Positions 1-9,136 of a stretch of 64,000 nt of DNA are shown here, piece by piece. The position numbers and the translations under genes are program-made. This DNA comes from a bacterium. GTDB lineage: Bacteria > Babelota > Babeliae > Babelales > JABJEI01. Each line of letters begins with the position of its first letter. Positions within the stretch are counted from its first letter, which is position 1. The stretch is taken from contig JABJEI010000029.1 of the NCBI GenBank assembly GCA_018663245.1, positions 12,821 to 76,820 of the forward strand. Reading direction: 5' to 3'. The notes beneath the pieces are model-generated. The model was given only the letters and a program-made list of their open reading frames with translations, searched no databases and was not told where the DNA came from.

Positions 1-1701
1 CATCCAACATCTATTCAAGAAAAAGCTATTCCAGCTCTTTTGAACACAAACACAGATTTCCACGGACAAGCTGAAACTGGAACCGGTAAAACACTGGCTT
101 TCGGTATACCTCTTCTTGAATCAGTTGATGCTTCAGATCGCTCAACACAGGCTCTCATTGTTGCTCCAACAAGAGAACTGGTTATGCAGATCACACAAAG
201 CTTAAAAGAAGTTTCTCGCGAAGCAAAAATTAGCGTTGAGCCAATTTATGGCGGCGTATCAATCGATAACCAGATTCGCAACCTTCGACGCGGTGTCCAC
301 ATCGCTGTTGGTACACCTGGTAGGCTTAACGATCTATTAAATCGTGGCAAACTAAAGATTGATGGCATCAGTACACTAGTACTTGATGAAGCAGATATCA
401 TGCTAGACATGGGCTTCCGTGAAGATATTGATATCATTTTGAAATATGCTCCAAAGACACGCAACATCTGGCTCTTCTCTGCAACAGTCAAAGAAGGTAT
501 CAACCGTCTTAGCAGAAAGCACATGTCAAATCCTGTCGTTATTAAAACAAACGACGAATCTGTCACAAAAACAAACATCAACCAGCAATTTGCAATTATT
601 CCTATGAGAGACCGTGCAACAGCATTGTGTCGCTTTATAGATAATGCACCTGGTTTCTTTGGCTTTATATTCTGCCAAAGAAAAATGCAGGCAGCTGAAT
701 TAGCTGATGTTTTAATTAGACATGGATACGTTGTTGCAGCTTTGCATGGCGACATGAGCCAAGCACAGCGTAATCGCGTTATTAAAAAGTTTAAGAACAA
801 AGAGTTCAAAATTCTGGTCTGCACCGACGTTGCAGCTCGAGGCATTGATGTCCAAGAAGCAACTCACGTTATAAACTACACAATTCCAGAAGATCAAGAA
901 GGTTACATTCACCGAATCGGTCGAACAGGCCGAGCCGGTAGAACTGGCACAGCCATTACCTTTATTAGTCGACACGAATTTTCTCGTATTAAATCTATTC
1001 AACGGAAATTCAAAGTGGAAATCAACCCAATTGACGTACCTGGTATTGAACAAATAATCCAGAACAGCGTAATCTCAGCAAAGAAATTTGTTGATAAAGC
1101 TGCAGACTGGCCAATAACGCATTACAAGCATGCCCAACAACTCGAAGAAGCATTAAAAGATGCTGATGAGAGTGAATTGCGCAAGATTGTTATTGCATTG
1201 TTGCACGAACGTTTCTTCAAGCAAGTTATTGAGTTAGAAAAAACTTCATTTTCTCCAACAAGCCAGTCTATGACAGGCATGAATGGAAATGTTGAAATAT
1301 CTATCAATGTTGGTTCTGATGATGACTTAGGTCGTGATGACGTTATGGCGTTTATTACAGATCCTGGAATCATACAGGCTGATGAAGTTCTCAAGCTACG
1401 CGTTATTAAACGACGATCGTTCATCGAGATTCCAGAGAAAAAAGCTGGTGATTTGATAGAACAGCTTGACGGAAAGCAACTAGGCGGACGACGAGTCCGA
1501 GCTGAAGTTGTTAACGAAGAGCAACAAGCTCGTCGACGCAGCAGCAATTCACGTGGTGGCGGACGCTCTAGTGGCGGACGATCTTCCGGTGGTGGCGGCG
1601 GCGGTCGTTACGGCGGCGGCAACAGCGGTGGTGGAAGCTACGGAGGCGGCGGTGGAAGCCGATCTCGCTCTTCTAGCAGACCTCAGCGCAAAAGCTGGTA
1701 A
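1..1701 (+). CDS. deaD: DEAD-box ATP-dependent RNA helicase (DeaD/CsdA-like), 5' end cut by the window edge; C-terminal RRM-like domain plus a Gly/Arg/Ser-rich tail
   Basis: The frame is open from nt 1 (HPTSIQEKAIPALL..). Motifs seen: Q-motif remnant PTSIQ, motif I AETGTGKT, Ia PTRELV, Ib TPGRL, II DEAD, III SAT, V ARGID, VI HRIGRTGRAG. The tail reads RGGGRSSGGRSSGGGGGGRYGGG. The TTG start at 40 in the ORF track is an artefact of the truncation. Confidence 0.9.
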   Translation, partial: HPTSIQEKAIPALLNTNTDFHGQAETGTGKTLAFGIPLLESVDASDRSTQALIVAPTRELVMQITQSLKEVSREAKISVEPIYGGVSIDNQIRNLRRGVHIAVGTPGRLNDLLNRGKLKIDGISTLVLDEADIMLDMGFREDIDIILKYAPKTRNIWLFSATVKEGINRLSRKHMSNPVVIKTNDESVTKTNINQQFAIIPMRDRATALCRFIDNAPGFFGFIFCQRKMQAAELADVLIRHGYVVAALHGDMSQAQRNRVIKKFKNKEFKILVCTDVAARGIDVQEATHVINYTIPEDQEGYIHRIGRTGRAGRTGTAITFISRHEFSRIKSIQRKFKVEINPIDVPGIEQIIQNSVISAKKFVDKAADWPITHYKHAQQLEEALKDADESELRKIVIALLHERFFKQVIELEKTSFSPTSQSMTGMNGNVEISINVGSDDDLGRDDVMAFITDPGIIQADEVLKLRVIKRRSFIEIPEKKAGDLIEQLDGKQLGGRRVRAEVVNEEQQARRRSSNSRGGGRSSGGRSSGGGGGGRYGGGNSGGGSYGGGGGSRSRSSSRPQRKSW

Positions 1702-1724
1702 GCTAAACTAAAATAGCAAACATG

Positions 1725-1768
1725 ATATCCTGATCTTGGATTTAACCTTCCAAGATCAGGATATTTTT
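1725..1768 (+). terminator. Rho-independent terminator of deaD
   Basis: Perfect 16-bp stem (1725-1740 atatcctgatcttgga / 1749-1764 tccaagatcaggatat), 8-nt loop, then a T-run running into the ATG at 1769. Confidence 0.85.
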
Positions 1769-2230
1769 ATGACTAATTTTACAGTATTATTCGATATAAA
1801 TGGCGTACTCGCACGTGGCAATTGGTCACTTGCAGATGACTCATACCATCCAACACAACCAATACCAATCGAGCTAATACCTGCCGGAATAGAGATACTA
1901 AAGGCTTGCAACAACAGCTCGTCCGTTCTCAAAACATTCGGACTTACCAACTGCACACAACAGCATATTACTTTTTTGCACAGACATGTGCCAGAACTTA
2001 CTTTTGAACTTAATGGTATAATCGCAGCAGGCTCGCTAGCCTGGAAAAAGCCTAACTACAAAGCATTCTTGTTTGCGTCTCATGCTTACAAACTTGATCC
2101 TCACACCTGCATTTTCATTGATGACAGCCCCATAAACATTGAGGCTGCGAATAATTTTGGAATGATAGGAATTTTATTTGATGAGTCTGTTAAGGTAATG
2201 GCACAACTTGTAGAGCTTGGTGCCATTTAA
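1769..2230 (+). CDS. HAD-superfamily hydrolase-like protein
   Basis: N-terminal LFDINGVL (HAD motif I position, DxN variant) and C-terminal CIFIDDSPINIEAANNFG (motif IV DD). I moved the start to the ATG at 1769 because the track start at 1736 lies inside the deaD terminator stem. Confidence 0.6.
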   Translation: MTNFTVLFDINGVLARGNWSLADDSYHPTQPIPIELIPAGIEILKACNNSSSVLKTFGLTNCTQQHITFLHRHVPELTFELNGIIAAGSLAWKKPNYKAFLFASHAYKLDPHTCIFIDDSPINIEAANNFGMIGILFDESVKVMAQLVELGAI

Positions 2231-2263
2231 AGCAGAATACAATCTAGAACAAAACAATCGACT

Positions 2264-2500
2264 CTAACGATAACGTAGACCACCAGCACGTATACCCGAG
2301 TATCTATTTTGTTCTAACAATTTTAAAGCCTGCCAAAAGCCCCAAAAAGATACAGCAGCGATTGCCGAAATAAAGGTACATGGATCACGCACAATTTGTG
2401 CCAACGTTGATATATTTCGACGCCCATGATGTAAACCATTGGTCGCGCTAAGAGAAGCCGCACTCAAGCTAATTGCGAGCACAAGAAACATTTTTTTCAT
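2264..2500 (-). CDS. Small hypothetical protein with N-terminal signal peptide and C-terminal hydrophobic segment
   Basis: MKKMFLVLAISLSAASLSA signal-like N-terminus. It is the first of four consecutive small minus-strand ORFs with the same architecture. Confidence 0.4.
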   Translation of the reverse strand: MKKMFLVLAISLSAASLSATNGLHHGRRNISTLAQIVRDPCTFISAIAAVSFWGFWQALKLLEQNRYSGIRAGGLRYR

Positions 2501-2506
2501 AATAAT

Positions 2507-2956
2507 TTATCCCTTAATAAATACTTTGTTACCCATCACTTGTAAAAAATAAAAGGTAAACAATCTATATGCTGCAAAAACTATTAACACCTTTATAACC
2601 AAAACACATTTATTATTTTTAAGTAATCTTTTAGGTAATTGAGTTCTGCAGTTTGGACATGTATAGCACTGAGGCTGCCCACTTTCTACCCAATCATTAA
2701 GACAATCAGTATGGAATATATGACTACAACTTGTTTTGATAACAGTATTTGTTGAAAGCTCATCAAGGCAAATTGGGCAGTCCTGAGTCAAATCATCCTT
2801 AGCCTCAACAGGGCTAGAAGACGTTGATACCTTAAAAAGGTTATATCTTATGCCAAATCTGGCTAACTTCAACCCAATATTAACAGCGTTAGTAGAGGCC
2901 ATACTCAAGCTAACTGCCAACACAATTAATACTTTTTTAATTACTCTCAACTCCAC
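2507..2956 (-). CDS. RING-H2 zinc-finger protein (eukaryotic E3 ubiquitin-ligase-like) with signal peptide and C-terminal TM helix
   Basis: Complete C3H2C3 pattern: CPIC-x13-CSH-x2-H-x2-C-x14-CPNC. N-terminal hydrophobic signal (VLIVLAVSLSMAS) and C-terminal hydrophobic stretch VLVIKVLIVFAAYRLFTFYFL. Confidence 0.7.
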   Translation of the reverse strand: MELRVIKKVLIVLAVSLSMASTNAVNIGLKLARFGIRYNLFKVSTSSSPVEAKDDLTQDCPICLDELSTNTVIKTSCSHIFHTDCLNDWVESGQPQCYTCPNCRTQLPKRLLKNNKCVLVIKVLIVFAAYRLFTFYFLQVMGNKVFIKG

Positions 2957-2960
2957 CTTT

Positions 2961-3344
2961 TTATATAACCGGCTTTTCTAGACAGCCTGTATATTCACAA
3001 AAACAATAAATTGCTCCGCTGCACACCACAAAAATAGCCCCATATATCATCGAGAAAAGATAACGAGACATTTTGTTAGTCTTACCATTCTTAACATTGA
3101 ATGTCAGGTCACAATCTGGGCACGTCCAATCACCAACAGTAAACCCCTCATCCTTCCTAAAACATCTAATCAATTTGCGATGATGCTCATCTTTACAAGA
3201 ATCAATCAAAACAACTGTGCTAGAAGAATCTTGTAGCACAGTTGTTTTATTTTTATGTTGAAGATTTCTTTTTAAACCGTTACCCGTGCAAAAAGCCGAA
3301 AAAACTGCAAAGCAAGCAAATAAAATTACGTATAGTTTCTTCAT
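2961..3344 (-). CDS. Small hypothetical secreted/tail-anchored protein
   Basis: MKKLYVILFACFAVFSAF signal peptide, a CPDC pair, and C-terminal hydrophobic YLFSMIYGAIFVVCSGAIY. I chose the start at the internal ATG (3344) that begins the signal peptide. Confidence 0.45.
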   Translation of the reverse strand: MKKLYVILFACFAVFSAFCTGNGLKRNLQHKNKTTVLQDSSSTVVLIDSCKDEHHRKLIRCFRKDEGFTVGDWTCPDCDLTFNVKNGKTNKMSRYLFSMIYGAIFVVCSGAIYCFCEYTGCLEKPVI

Positions 3345-3396
3345 GCACAAGCCCTTATCCAAAAAATTGAATCTCAATATTAAACAGTATAAACAG

Positions 3397-3669
3397 TCAG
3401 TCTTGTTTCTCTTTTCTATAAAGAGGCAACTGAAGGTTTTTATTTATAGGCCAAGGACTATCACGCAACTTTTTATTCAATGAATTTATTAACTCTTGAT
3501 TTCGCATGCTCGGCCTAAGAGGAAACTGTGTCATTGCATGACCCAACGCAGCAGTGAACCAAACCGGCTTCATCGCCAACACTGTCAAGGCGCGGCAAGA
3601 ATCTTTAATTGTACAAGAAGCTGAAATTGCCACCGAGCAAACAAGTAAAATACCGTATAATTTCTTCAT
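3397..3669 (-). CDS. Small hypothetical secreted protein, N-terminal paralog of 2961..3344
   Basis: The MKKLYGILLVCSVAISAS signal peptide is nearly identical in pattern to its neighbour (MKKLYVILFACFAV). Confidence 0.4.
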   Translation of the reverse strand: MKKLYGILLVCSVAISASCTIKDSCRALTVLAMKPVWFTAALGHAMTQFPLRPSMRNQELINSLNKKLRDSPWPINKNLQLPLYRKEKQD

Positions 3670-3684
3670 TCGTTAATAAATTCC

Positions 3685-4320
3685 TTATTCTCTATTTTGT
3701 AAGTAATCAAAAACAAATTTACTCCAACCTTCCATCACGTCGTAGCGAGCGCGGCACTCATCAATTGTTGCCAAGGTTCCACTTTTTAATTCTGATTTTA
3801 CGCTGATATCGCTCGAGCTTGCTCGTAACAACAACACAAACCCCAAGTGTACTTTACCAACATCGTTTGTATCATCATTCAACAATCCGATAGGCTCAAT
3901 CTCAAACGAACCCGAATAGTTTATCTCTTCATGGAACTCACGGCGCGCCCAAGAAAAAATGTCACTATCTTGCATGTCTTCTTTGCGAAGATGACCACCA
4001 ATCCCGAGAGAAAACTTACTACTCAAGCGAGTTTCAGAAGATGTAGCACGGCGCTGCATCAAAAAATACCGCCCATCATGCTCAAAAATAAGATACGGAA
4101 TAATCTGCTTATATGTTTGATCAGACTCCATGACCGAACGCCACAAAAATTCTTTTTTATCGTTAATAAGCTTCATAAATTGATCAACATCAACCGGACG
4201 CACACCGGTCCACTCTGGATACATTTCTTTATTAAATAATACATCACGAGCAACCACTAGAATCTGCTCATCTTGCTTACCCGCAAACGGCTGACTCTGT
4301 TTCTGTACCGAACTAGACAT
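3685..4320 (-). CDS. Nudix-family hydrolase (non-canonical box spacing)
   Basis: GGHLRKE-x12-REFHEEINY resembles the Nudix box GX5EX7REUXEEXGU, but with a longer insert. Confidence 0.6.
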   Translation of the reverse strand: MSSSVQKQSQPFAGKQDEQILVVARDVLFNKEMYPEWTGVRPVDVDQFMKLINDKKEFLWRSVMESDQTYKQIIPYLIFEHDGRYFLMQRRATSSETRLSSKFSLGIGGHLRKEDMQDSDIFSWARREFHEEINYSGSFEIEPIGLLNDDTNDVGKVHLGFVLLLRASSSDISVKSELKSGTLATIDECRARYDVMEGWSKFVFDYLQNRE

Positions 4321-4512
4321 CCGACATCTCCTTCTACTCGTTAAGAATTCCTGTATTTATACCCATTATACCTCAAAAACTGTAAAGCAGAACGGGAGAA
4401 AGCACAAATATTTTTTTCCCACGCACACACCCAAACCATTTACATTAGAATATTTTATTCACTATCATAGAAATATAAAGGTCAATTAGTACAAATCGCC
4501 AGGAGTGCATTT

Positions 4513-6441
4513 ATGAATAAGTTAAAAAAATCCGTCCTACTTCTTTTGATTGTCTCAATTCCACTTGCAATGACCCATGCAAAAAAAGACAGCTGGTGGC
4601 AGAAGGCCAAAAATAAGCTCAAAGAATGGAGCCAGACGGTTAAGAAAGATGTCCAAAAAGTTGAAGAAAAAGTTAAAGACGACCTAGACAAAGCGGGACA
4701 AGCTCTACGTGATGCCGCCCAAAAGGTTGAGAAAAAATTTAATCTCGATTTCATCAAAGATGATACAGTTAAAAACATCATCAAGCTTATCCTTGCTCTC
4801 GACCCCAAAAAAGGCCTGCAGATCATTAAACGGATAACTGCCCAAAAAGCAAATGACCCTTATTACGACAAACATGGTACCGTAAGCCACAATCCTGGCC
4901 CAACAACGCTAGAGAAGCAGTTTCTGCAAGCTCGAGATCCAAATACTTTTGAAGCACTTTCTAAGCTTCTAAACACAAATAAAAACAAATTATTAAAAGA
5001 CCCTGTGCGAGTTGGTATAAGTTTTAGCGGCGGTGGCTATCGCTCCATATCTTGGGGCATGGGCGCCCTACTAGGCCTTGATGAACTTGGCATTCTTGAC
5101 GCAACAACCTGCATGGCGGGCGTATCAGGAGGCGCATGGCTACTTACATCATGGATTAAGCACGGCACAGATACAAAGCAATTTGGTCAACTTTTAAACG
5201 CAAACCTCTCTAACCGACTCTTTGAAAATCTAAAACTTGTCAAAGTACTAGAACTAGCACTTGCTTATCTACTTGACGGTAAAAAAATGGGACCAGTTGA
5301 CCTGTTTGGCATAGGCCTTGCAGGACCATTACTCGACCATGATTACACCCTACGCTTAGTTGATTTTCAACAGCAGATGTTGACTGGAAAGCGCCCTCTA
5401 CCAATATTTAATGCTGGTGGAGCGGTTGACCCGACAAACATCTCATTTGCAGCAAGCCCTCTCAACACGCGCATTAATGTGTTCAATCCCGCACAAAAAA
5501 CATACAGCTCTACAACAATCCCTCCATGGGCAACAGGTAATAAATGGTCAGGAGGCGTATCACAAACAGGCCTTTCAACGACCCTGGCAACAATTTCAGC
5601 AATCTGTGGATCAGCGTTTACCGTCAGCGTCCTAGAAACGATTGAACGTTATGAAAGATTCTTGATCAAAATATTAGGTAAAAAGTTGTTTAATAAGCTG
5701 TACACAAAGCTGGATTCAACCAACGTTGGCAAATTCCGCGTACTACCATTTCCACTACCCAATCCCAATTACGAAATTGCAGGACAGGTTTTTAGCAACA
5801 AACTAAACTTTCCACTAACTGATGAAGGCGTTAAGTGTAATCTTGGGGGTAACAGAAGTGTCAGCGCTATGCTTGGCAGTGCTATAGGGTCGATAAAACC
5901 CCGCAAAATTATATTTGTTATCGATGCCTCAGGAGGCCATTCTGCCACAGTTGCAAGCAGCCTCAAAAAAGAAGACGAACAACAACGCAAAATGGTCGAG
6001 GCGGGTATTCCCGGTTTTACTCAGTTATATCCAGATATCGACTACAGTACGATTAAAGACAAAGAGCTACACATATTCCAAAACGACGACTCTATGATTG
6101 TATTGTTACCATTTTTGAATCAATCACAATATGGAAGCAGCAACACCTTTAAGACCGACTATAAAGGCAAACAGGCCGATATGCTACGCATGGTCTATAA
6201 ATCCTTTGGTGTAATAAAAGAAAACAAAAAAGAAATCTTGTCGTCGATGACTAAGTTCATTAGAAGAGAACGTAGCACTCCTGCCCAAAAAGCAGCAGCC
6301 AAGCAACTTGCAAACAAAGTAAGGCCACCCAGAAAGTATGACGCTAAAAAACCACTTCAAATAGAACAGCTAGAAAAAGTTTTACAGCAGCTACCTAAGC
6401 ACCAGCCAATACAACCGGGTAAGCATCAAATGATTGCATAA
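4513..6441 (+). CDS. Secreted cPLA2 / lysophospholipase (PLA2_B)-like phospholipase, paralog 1
   Basis: AGGAG RBS 7 nt upstream and a signal peptide. SGGGYRS oxyanion motif and GVSGGAW nucleophile elbow match cPLA2-type SGGGFRA / GLSGSTW. A later IDASGG is the candidate Asp of the Ser-Asp dyad. Confidence 0.75.
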   Translation: MNKLKKSVLLLLIVSIPLAMTHAKKDSWWQKAKNKLKEWSQTVKKDVQKVEEKVKDDLDKAGQALRDAAQKVEKKFNLDFIKDDTVKNIIKLILALDPKKGLQIIKRITAQKANDPYYDKHGTVSHNPGPTTLEKQFLQARDPNTFEALSKLLNTNKNKLLKDPVRVGISFSGGGYRSISWGMGALLGLDELGILDATTCMAGVSGGAWLLTSWIKHGTDTKQFGQLLNANLSNRLFENLKLVKVLELALAYLLDGKKMGPVDLFGIGLAGPLLDHDYTLRLVDFQQQMLTGKRPLPIFNAGGAVDPTNISFAASPLNTRINVFNPAQKTYSSTTIPPWATGNKWSGGVSQTGLSTTLATISAICGSAFTVSVLETIERYERFLIKILGKKLFNKLYTKLDSTNVGKFRVLPFPLPNPNYEIAGQVFSNKLNFPLTDEGVKCNLGGNRSVSAMLGSAIGSIKPRKIIFVIDASGGHSATVASSLKKEDEQQRKMVEAGIPGFTQLYPDIDYSTIKDKELHIFQNDDSMIVLLPFLNQSQYGSSNTFKTDYKGKQADMLRMVYKSFGVIKENKKEILSSMTKFIRRERSTPAQKAAAKQLANKVRPPRKYDAKKPLQIEQLEKVLQQLPKHQPIQPGKHQMIA

Positions 6442-6473
6442 GCCAAGCTTCAATGTCACGCAAAACAGACAAA

Positions 6474-6494
6474 GGGGGCTTTATGCCCCCTTTT
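6474..6494. terminator. Hairpin terminator between convergent genes
   Basis: gggggc (6474-6479) / gccccc (6485-6490), 5-nt loop, flanked by AAA on the left and TTTT on the right. Confidence 0.6.
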
Positions 6495-6504
6495 CACTAC
6501 TTAC

Positions 6505-7260
6505 CTAAAAATTACGAGCAATTATTTTTATGTTACGCGGACTAGGCAATAGCTTGAAGTCAAGAAGGCGCTCCTGCTCCTCAAGGTTGCCCAGTGTTTT
6601 TGTGTTAACAAAATTCTGAATGTAGTAGTTACCCTGATATCCGCACGACTCTAGATCAGCTATAATTGCCCGTATATCACGCTCGTTGAGAAGCGCAGTA
6701 TGAACCGTTGTTCTGATCTCACAAGCAAGGCCAGATTGGCACAAAAAAGACAACGTCTCATGAAACAATTCAAACCCATGCTTGCGACCAGTTACACGCT
6801 CAAAGTGACGCTCAGGGGCCTTGTAGTCCAGTGCGATAAAGTCTATCAACTCTAGCTCAATAAGTTCTTTAACAACCGACGGATTTATTCCATTGGTGTC
6901 TAGTTTTATTTTGAACCCAAGACGCTTTATATGGCATATAAGATCAATCAATCCCGGAAACATCGTGCACTCTCCGCCAGAGAACACAACACCGTCGAGA
7001 AACTTCTGTCTTGATTGTAAAAAAGCAAAAATCTCTCCAATCGGAACAATTGGACGATTGCGCAAAACAATGTCTGGATTATGGCAATACAAACAGCGCA
7101 TGTTGCATCCAGCAAACCACAAAATGCACGCCGTGTGATCAGGAAAATCCTGTAGCGTAAACGGCGTTAGTGCGCAAATTGGTGGTGGAGCTACTTGCTC
7201 ACGTACAGAAGCTTGATTCTCAAGCTTACTCTGTGAAGTGGACTCTTTCTCTATGCTCAC
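6505..7260 (-). CDS. nrdG: Anaerobic ribonucleoside-triphosphate reductase activating protein (radical SAM)
   Basis: CNMRCLYCHN (CxxxCxxC radical-SAM cluster), about 250 aa, immediately downstream of nrdD. The GTG start overlaps the nrdD stop by 35 nt. Confidence 0.85.
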   Translation of the reverse strand: MSIEKESTSQSKLENQASVREQVAPPPICALTPFTLQDFPDHTACILWFAGCNMRCLYCHNPDIVLRNRPIVPIGEIFAFLQSRQKFLDGVVFSGGECTMFPGLIDLICHIKRLGFKIKLDTNGINPSVVKELIELELIDFIALDYKAPERHFERVTGRKHGFELFHETLSFLCQSGLACEIRTTVHTALLNERDIRAIIADLESCGYQGNYYIQNFVNTKTLGNLEEQERLLDFKLLPSPRNIKIIARNF

Positions 7261-9136
7261 CCTTTTTCCCTAAGTTAAAACTATCTGTTGGCCTATGATA
7301 CCCCATCACACGCGTCCACACTTGTGTTTTTTTATTACACTTGGGACACAATGGCTTCTCACCTGCCAAATATCCATGATCAATACAAATCGAAAAAACC
7401 GGAGTCACAGTAATGTATGGCAAGCTATAATTCTCTATAACTGTACGTACAAATCTCTTACATGCTTGTACTGAACTTATTTTTTCGTTCATGTATAGAT
7501 GAAGTACGGTTCCCCCAGTGTAGGTACACTGTAACTTGTCCTGTAATTCCAGAGCAAGGAAGGGATCATCTGTAAAATTAGCTGGAAGTTGACTGCTATT
7601 TGTGTAATAAATATTCTCACCCGAGCCAGCCCTAATGATATCAGGAAAAGCACATTTGTCCTCCTTTGCAAATCGATAGGTTGTACCCTCAGCCGGTGTT
7701 GCCTCAAGATTATACAGGTTCCCTGTTTCTTCCTGAAACTCACGTAAAAGATCCCGAATAAATTCGATAATCTTTAAGCACATTTGCACGCCCTCAGGAC
7801 TACTAACATCATGTACATCATCAGTAAAATTGCGTACCATCTCGTTCATACCATTAACACCAATGGTGCTAAAATGATTGTTAAAATGCTTAAGATAACG
7901 CCTGGTATAAGGATAAAGTCCACGGTCATACATCTCTTGTACAAAAACGCGTTTTTTCTCAAGTGTCGATTTTGCAAGCCTGCACAATCGCTCAACTTCC
8001 TTATACAACCCCAGTTCATCACCCTTAAAGCGAAACCCCAAACGAGCCATGTTAAGCGTAACAACTCCGATAGAGCCGGTCATTTCGGCCGAACCAAACA
8101 GGCCGTTGCCCCGCTTTAACAATTCACGCAAATCAAGCTGCAATCTACAGCACATACTCCTAACAGAATCAGGCTTGTACGCATTAGGATTTGGCACTTT
8201 ATTGCCCTGCTCATCCTTAGTAAATTGACTACCTATAAAATTCTGAAAATATGAGTTTCCAATCTTAGCAGTGTTTTCAAAAAGCGCTGTGGCCGCCTTA
8301 CTATCCCAGTCAAAATCGTCAGTTATATTAACCGTTGGTATTGGAAACGTAAAAGGCTGTTCATGCTGGTCACCCTTGGTCAGAACCTCATAAAAAGCCA
8401 CATCAATCATCTCAAGCTCTTGCTGGAAGTGCTCAAACGTCAAATCTTCGAGCCGATCAACTCCGCGCTCTCTGGCTTTAGCCAGCAATACTGGATCATC
8501 AACTCCTTCAAAAAAGTGCTTACCAGCTGTTTTTGGTGTCTGTTTTTTTAGGTCCTTTGGAACCGTAAAATCAAGTGTAATATTTGTAAACGGACACTGC
8601 CCCCATCGAGATGGAACATTAAGATTGTACACAAAACTACGCAACGCTTTAACTAAGTTTGTGTGGTCAACCTGATCACGAAAAACGTAAGGTGCCAAAT
8701 AAGTATCAAACGAACTAAACGCCTGCGCACCAGCCCATTCAGACTGTAATGTTCCCAAAAAATTTGCGGCTTGCCCCAGGGCTTCTCTTAAGTGTCGCGG
8801 TGGCTTACTAGCAACTTTACCCTGTATGCCATTAAACCCCTCTTCAAACAACACTCGCAAGCTCCACCCCGCGCAATAACCTGTTAAGAAATCAAGATCA
8901 TGAATGTGATAGTCTGCATTGCGATGCGCTTGGCCCTCTTCAGGAGCATACACACTATCTAACCAATAGTTGGCTATAATTTTACCTGCCAAATTATTTA
9001 CAAGTCCTGCACTACTGTAACCAAGATTGGCATTAGCATTAACTCGCCAATCTTGGCGACCAATATACTCTTGCACACAGTCAGAACAGCGAACAGTGCT
9101 ATTCCTATCAAGGCCCTTGCAATTGGTGTCTGTCAT
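7226..9136 (-). CDS. nrdD: Anaerobic (class III) ribonucleoside-triphosphate reductase
   Basis: C-terminal Zn-ribbon CPKC and glycyl-radical motif TRVMGYHRP. The length (636 aa) and overall sequence are typical of NrdD. Confidence 0.93.
   Translation of the reverse strand: MTDTNCKGLDRNSTVRCSDCVQEYIGRQDWRVNANANLGYSSAGLVNNLAGKIIANYWLDSVYAPEEGQAHRNADYHIHDLDFLTGYCAGWSLRVLFEEGFNGIQGKVASKPPRHLREALGQAANFLGTLQSEWAGAQAFSSFDTYLAPYVFRDQVDHTNLVKALRSFVYNLNVPSRWGQCPFTNITLDFTVPKDLKKQTPKTAGKHFFEGVDDPVLLAKARERGVDRLEDLTFEHFQQELEMIDVAFYEVLTKGDQHEQPFTFPIPTVNITDDFDWDSKAATALFENTAKIGNSYFQNFIGSQFTKDEQGNKVPNPNAYKPDSVRSMCCRLQLDLRELLKRGNGLFGSAEMTGSIGVVTLNMARLGFRFKGDELGLYKEVERLCRLAKSTLEKKRVFVQEMYDRGLYPYTRRYLKHFNNHFSTIGVNGMNEMVRNFTDDVHDVSSPEGVQMCLKIIEFIRDLLREFQEETGNLYNLEATPAEGTTYRFAKEDKCAFPDIIRAGSGENIYYTNSSQLPANFTDDPFLALELQDKLQCTYTGGTVLHLYMNEKISSVQACKRFVRTVIENYSLPYITVTPVFSICIDHGYLAGEKPLCPKCNKKTQVWTRVMGYHRPTDSFNLGKKGEHRERVHFTE

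Noticed and set aside
1540-1680. Repetitive ggcggcgg / ggtggtgg sequence at the 3' end of deaD, considered as a possible tandem DNA repeat.
   Set aside because: It is imperfect, in frame, and encodes a Gly/Arg/Ser low-complexity tail. It is best explained as protein-level composition, not a repeat element.
246-1711. ORFs at 246..845(-), 712..1053(-), 1122..1547(-) and 1508..1711(+) overlapping deaD.
   Set aside because: They are antisense or off-frame shadow ORFs inside a gene with complete DEAD-box motifs. The 1508..1711 ORF is just the alternative frame of the GC-rich Gly/Arg tail. None has an RBS or recognisable motifs.
1736-1768. Longer N-terminal extensions proposed by the ORF track: 1736 for HAD, 20154 for pth, 31884 for rho, 39528 for polA, 46415 for paralog C, 49188 for paralog D, 24299 and 25678 for the two hypotheticals 23445..24287 and 25019..25636, and 3377 for the small ORF 2961..3344.
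   Set aside because: The extensions use TTG or GTG codons, run through terminator hairpins or the preceding gene, or precede an obvious ATG that begins a conserved N-terminus or a signal peptide.
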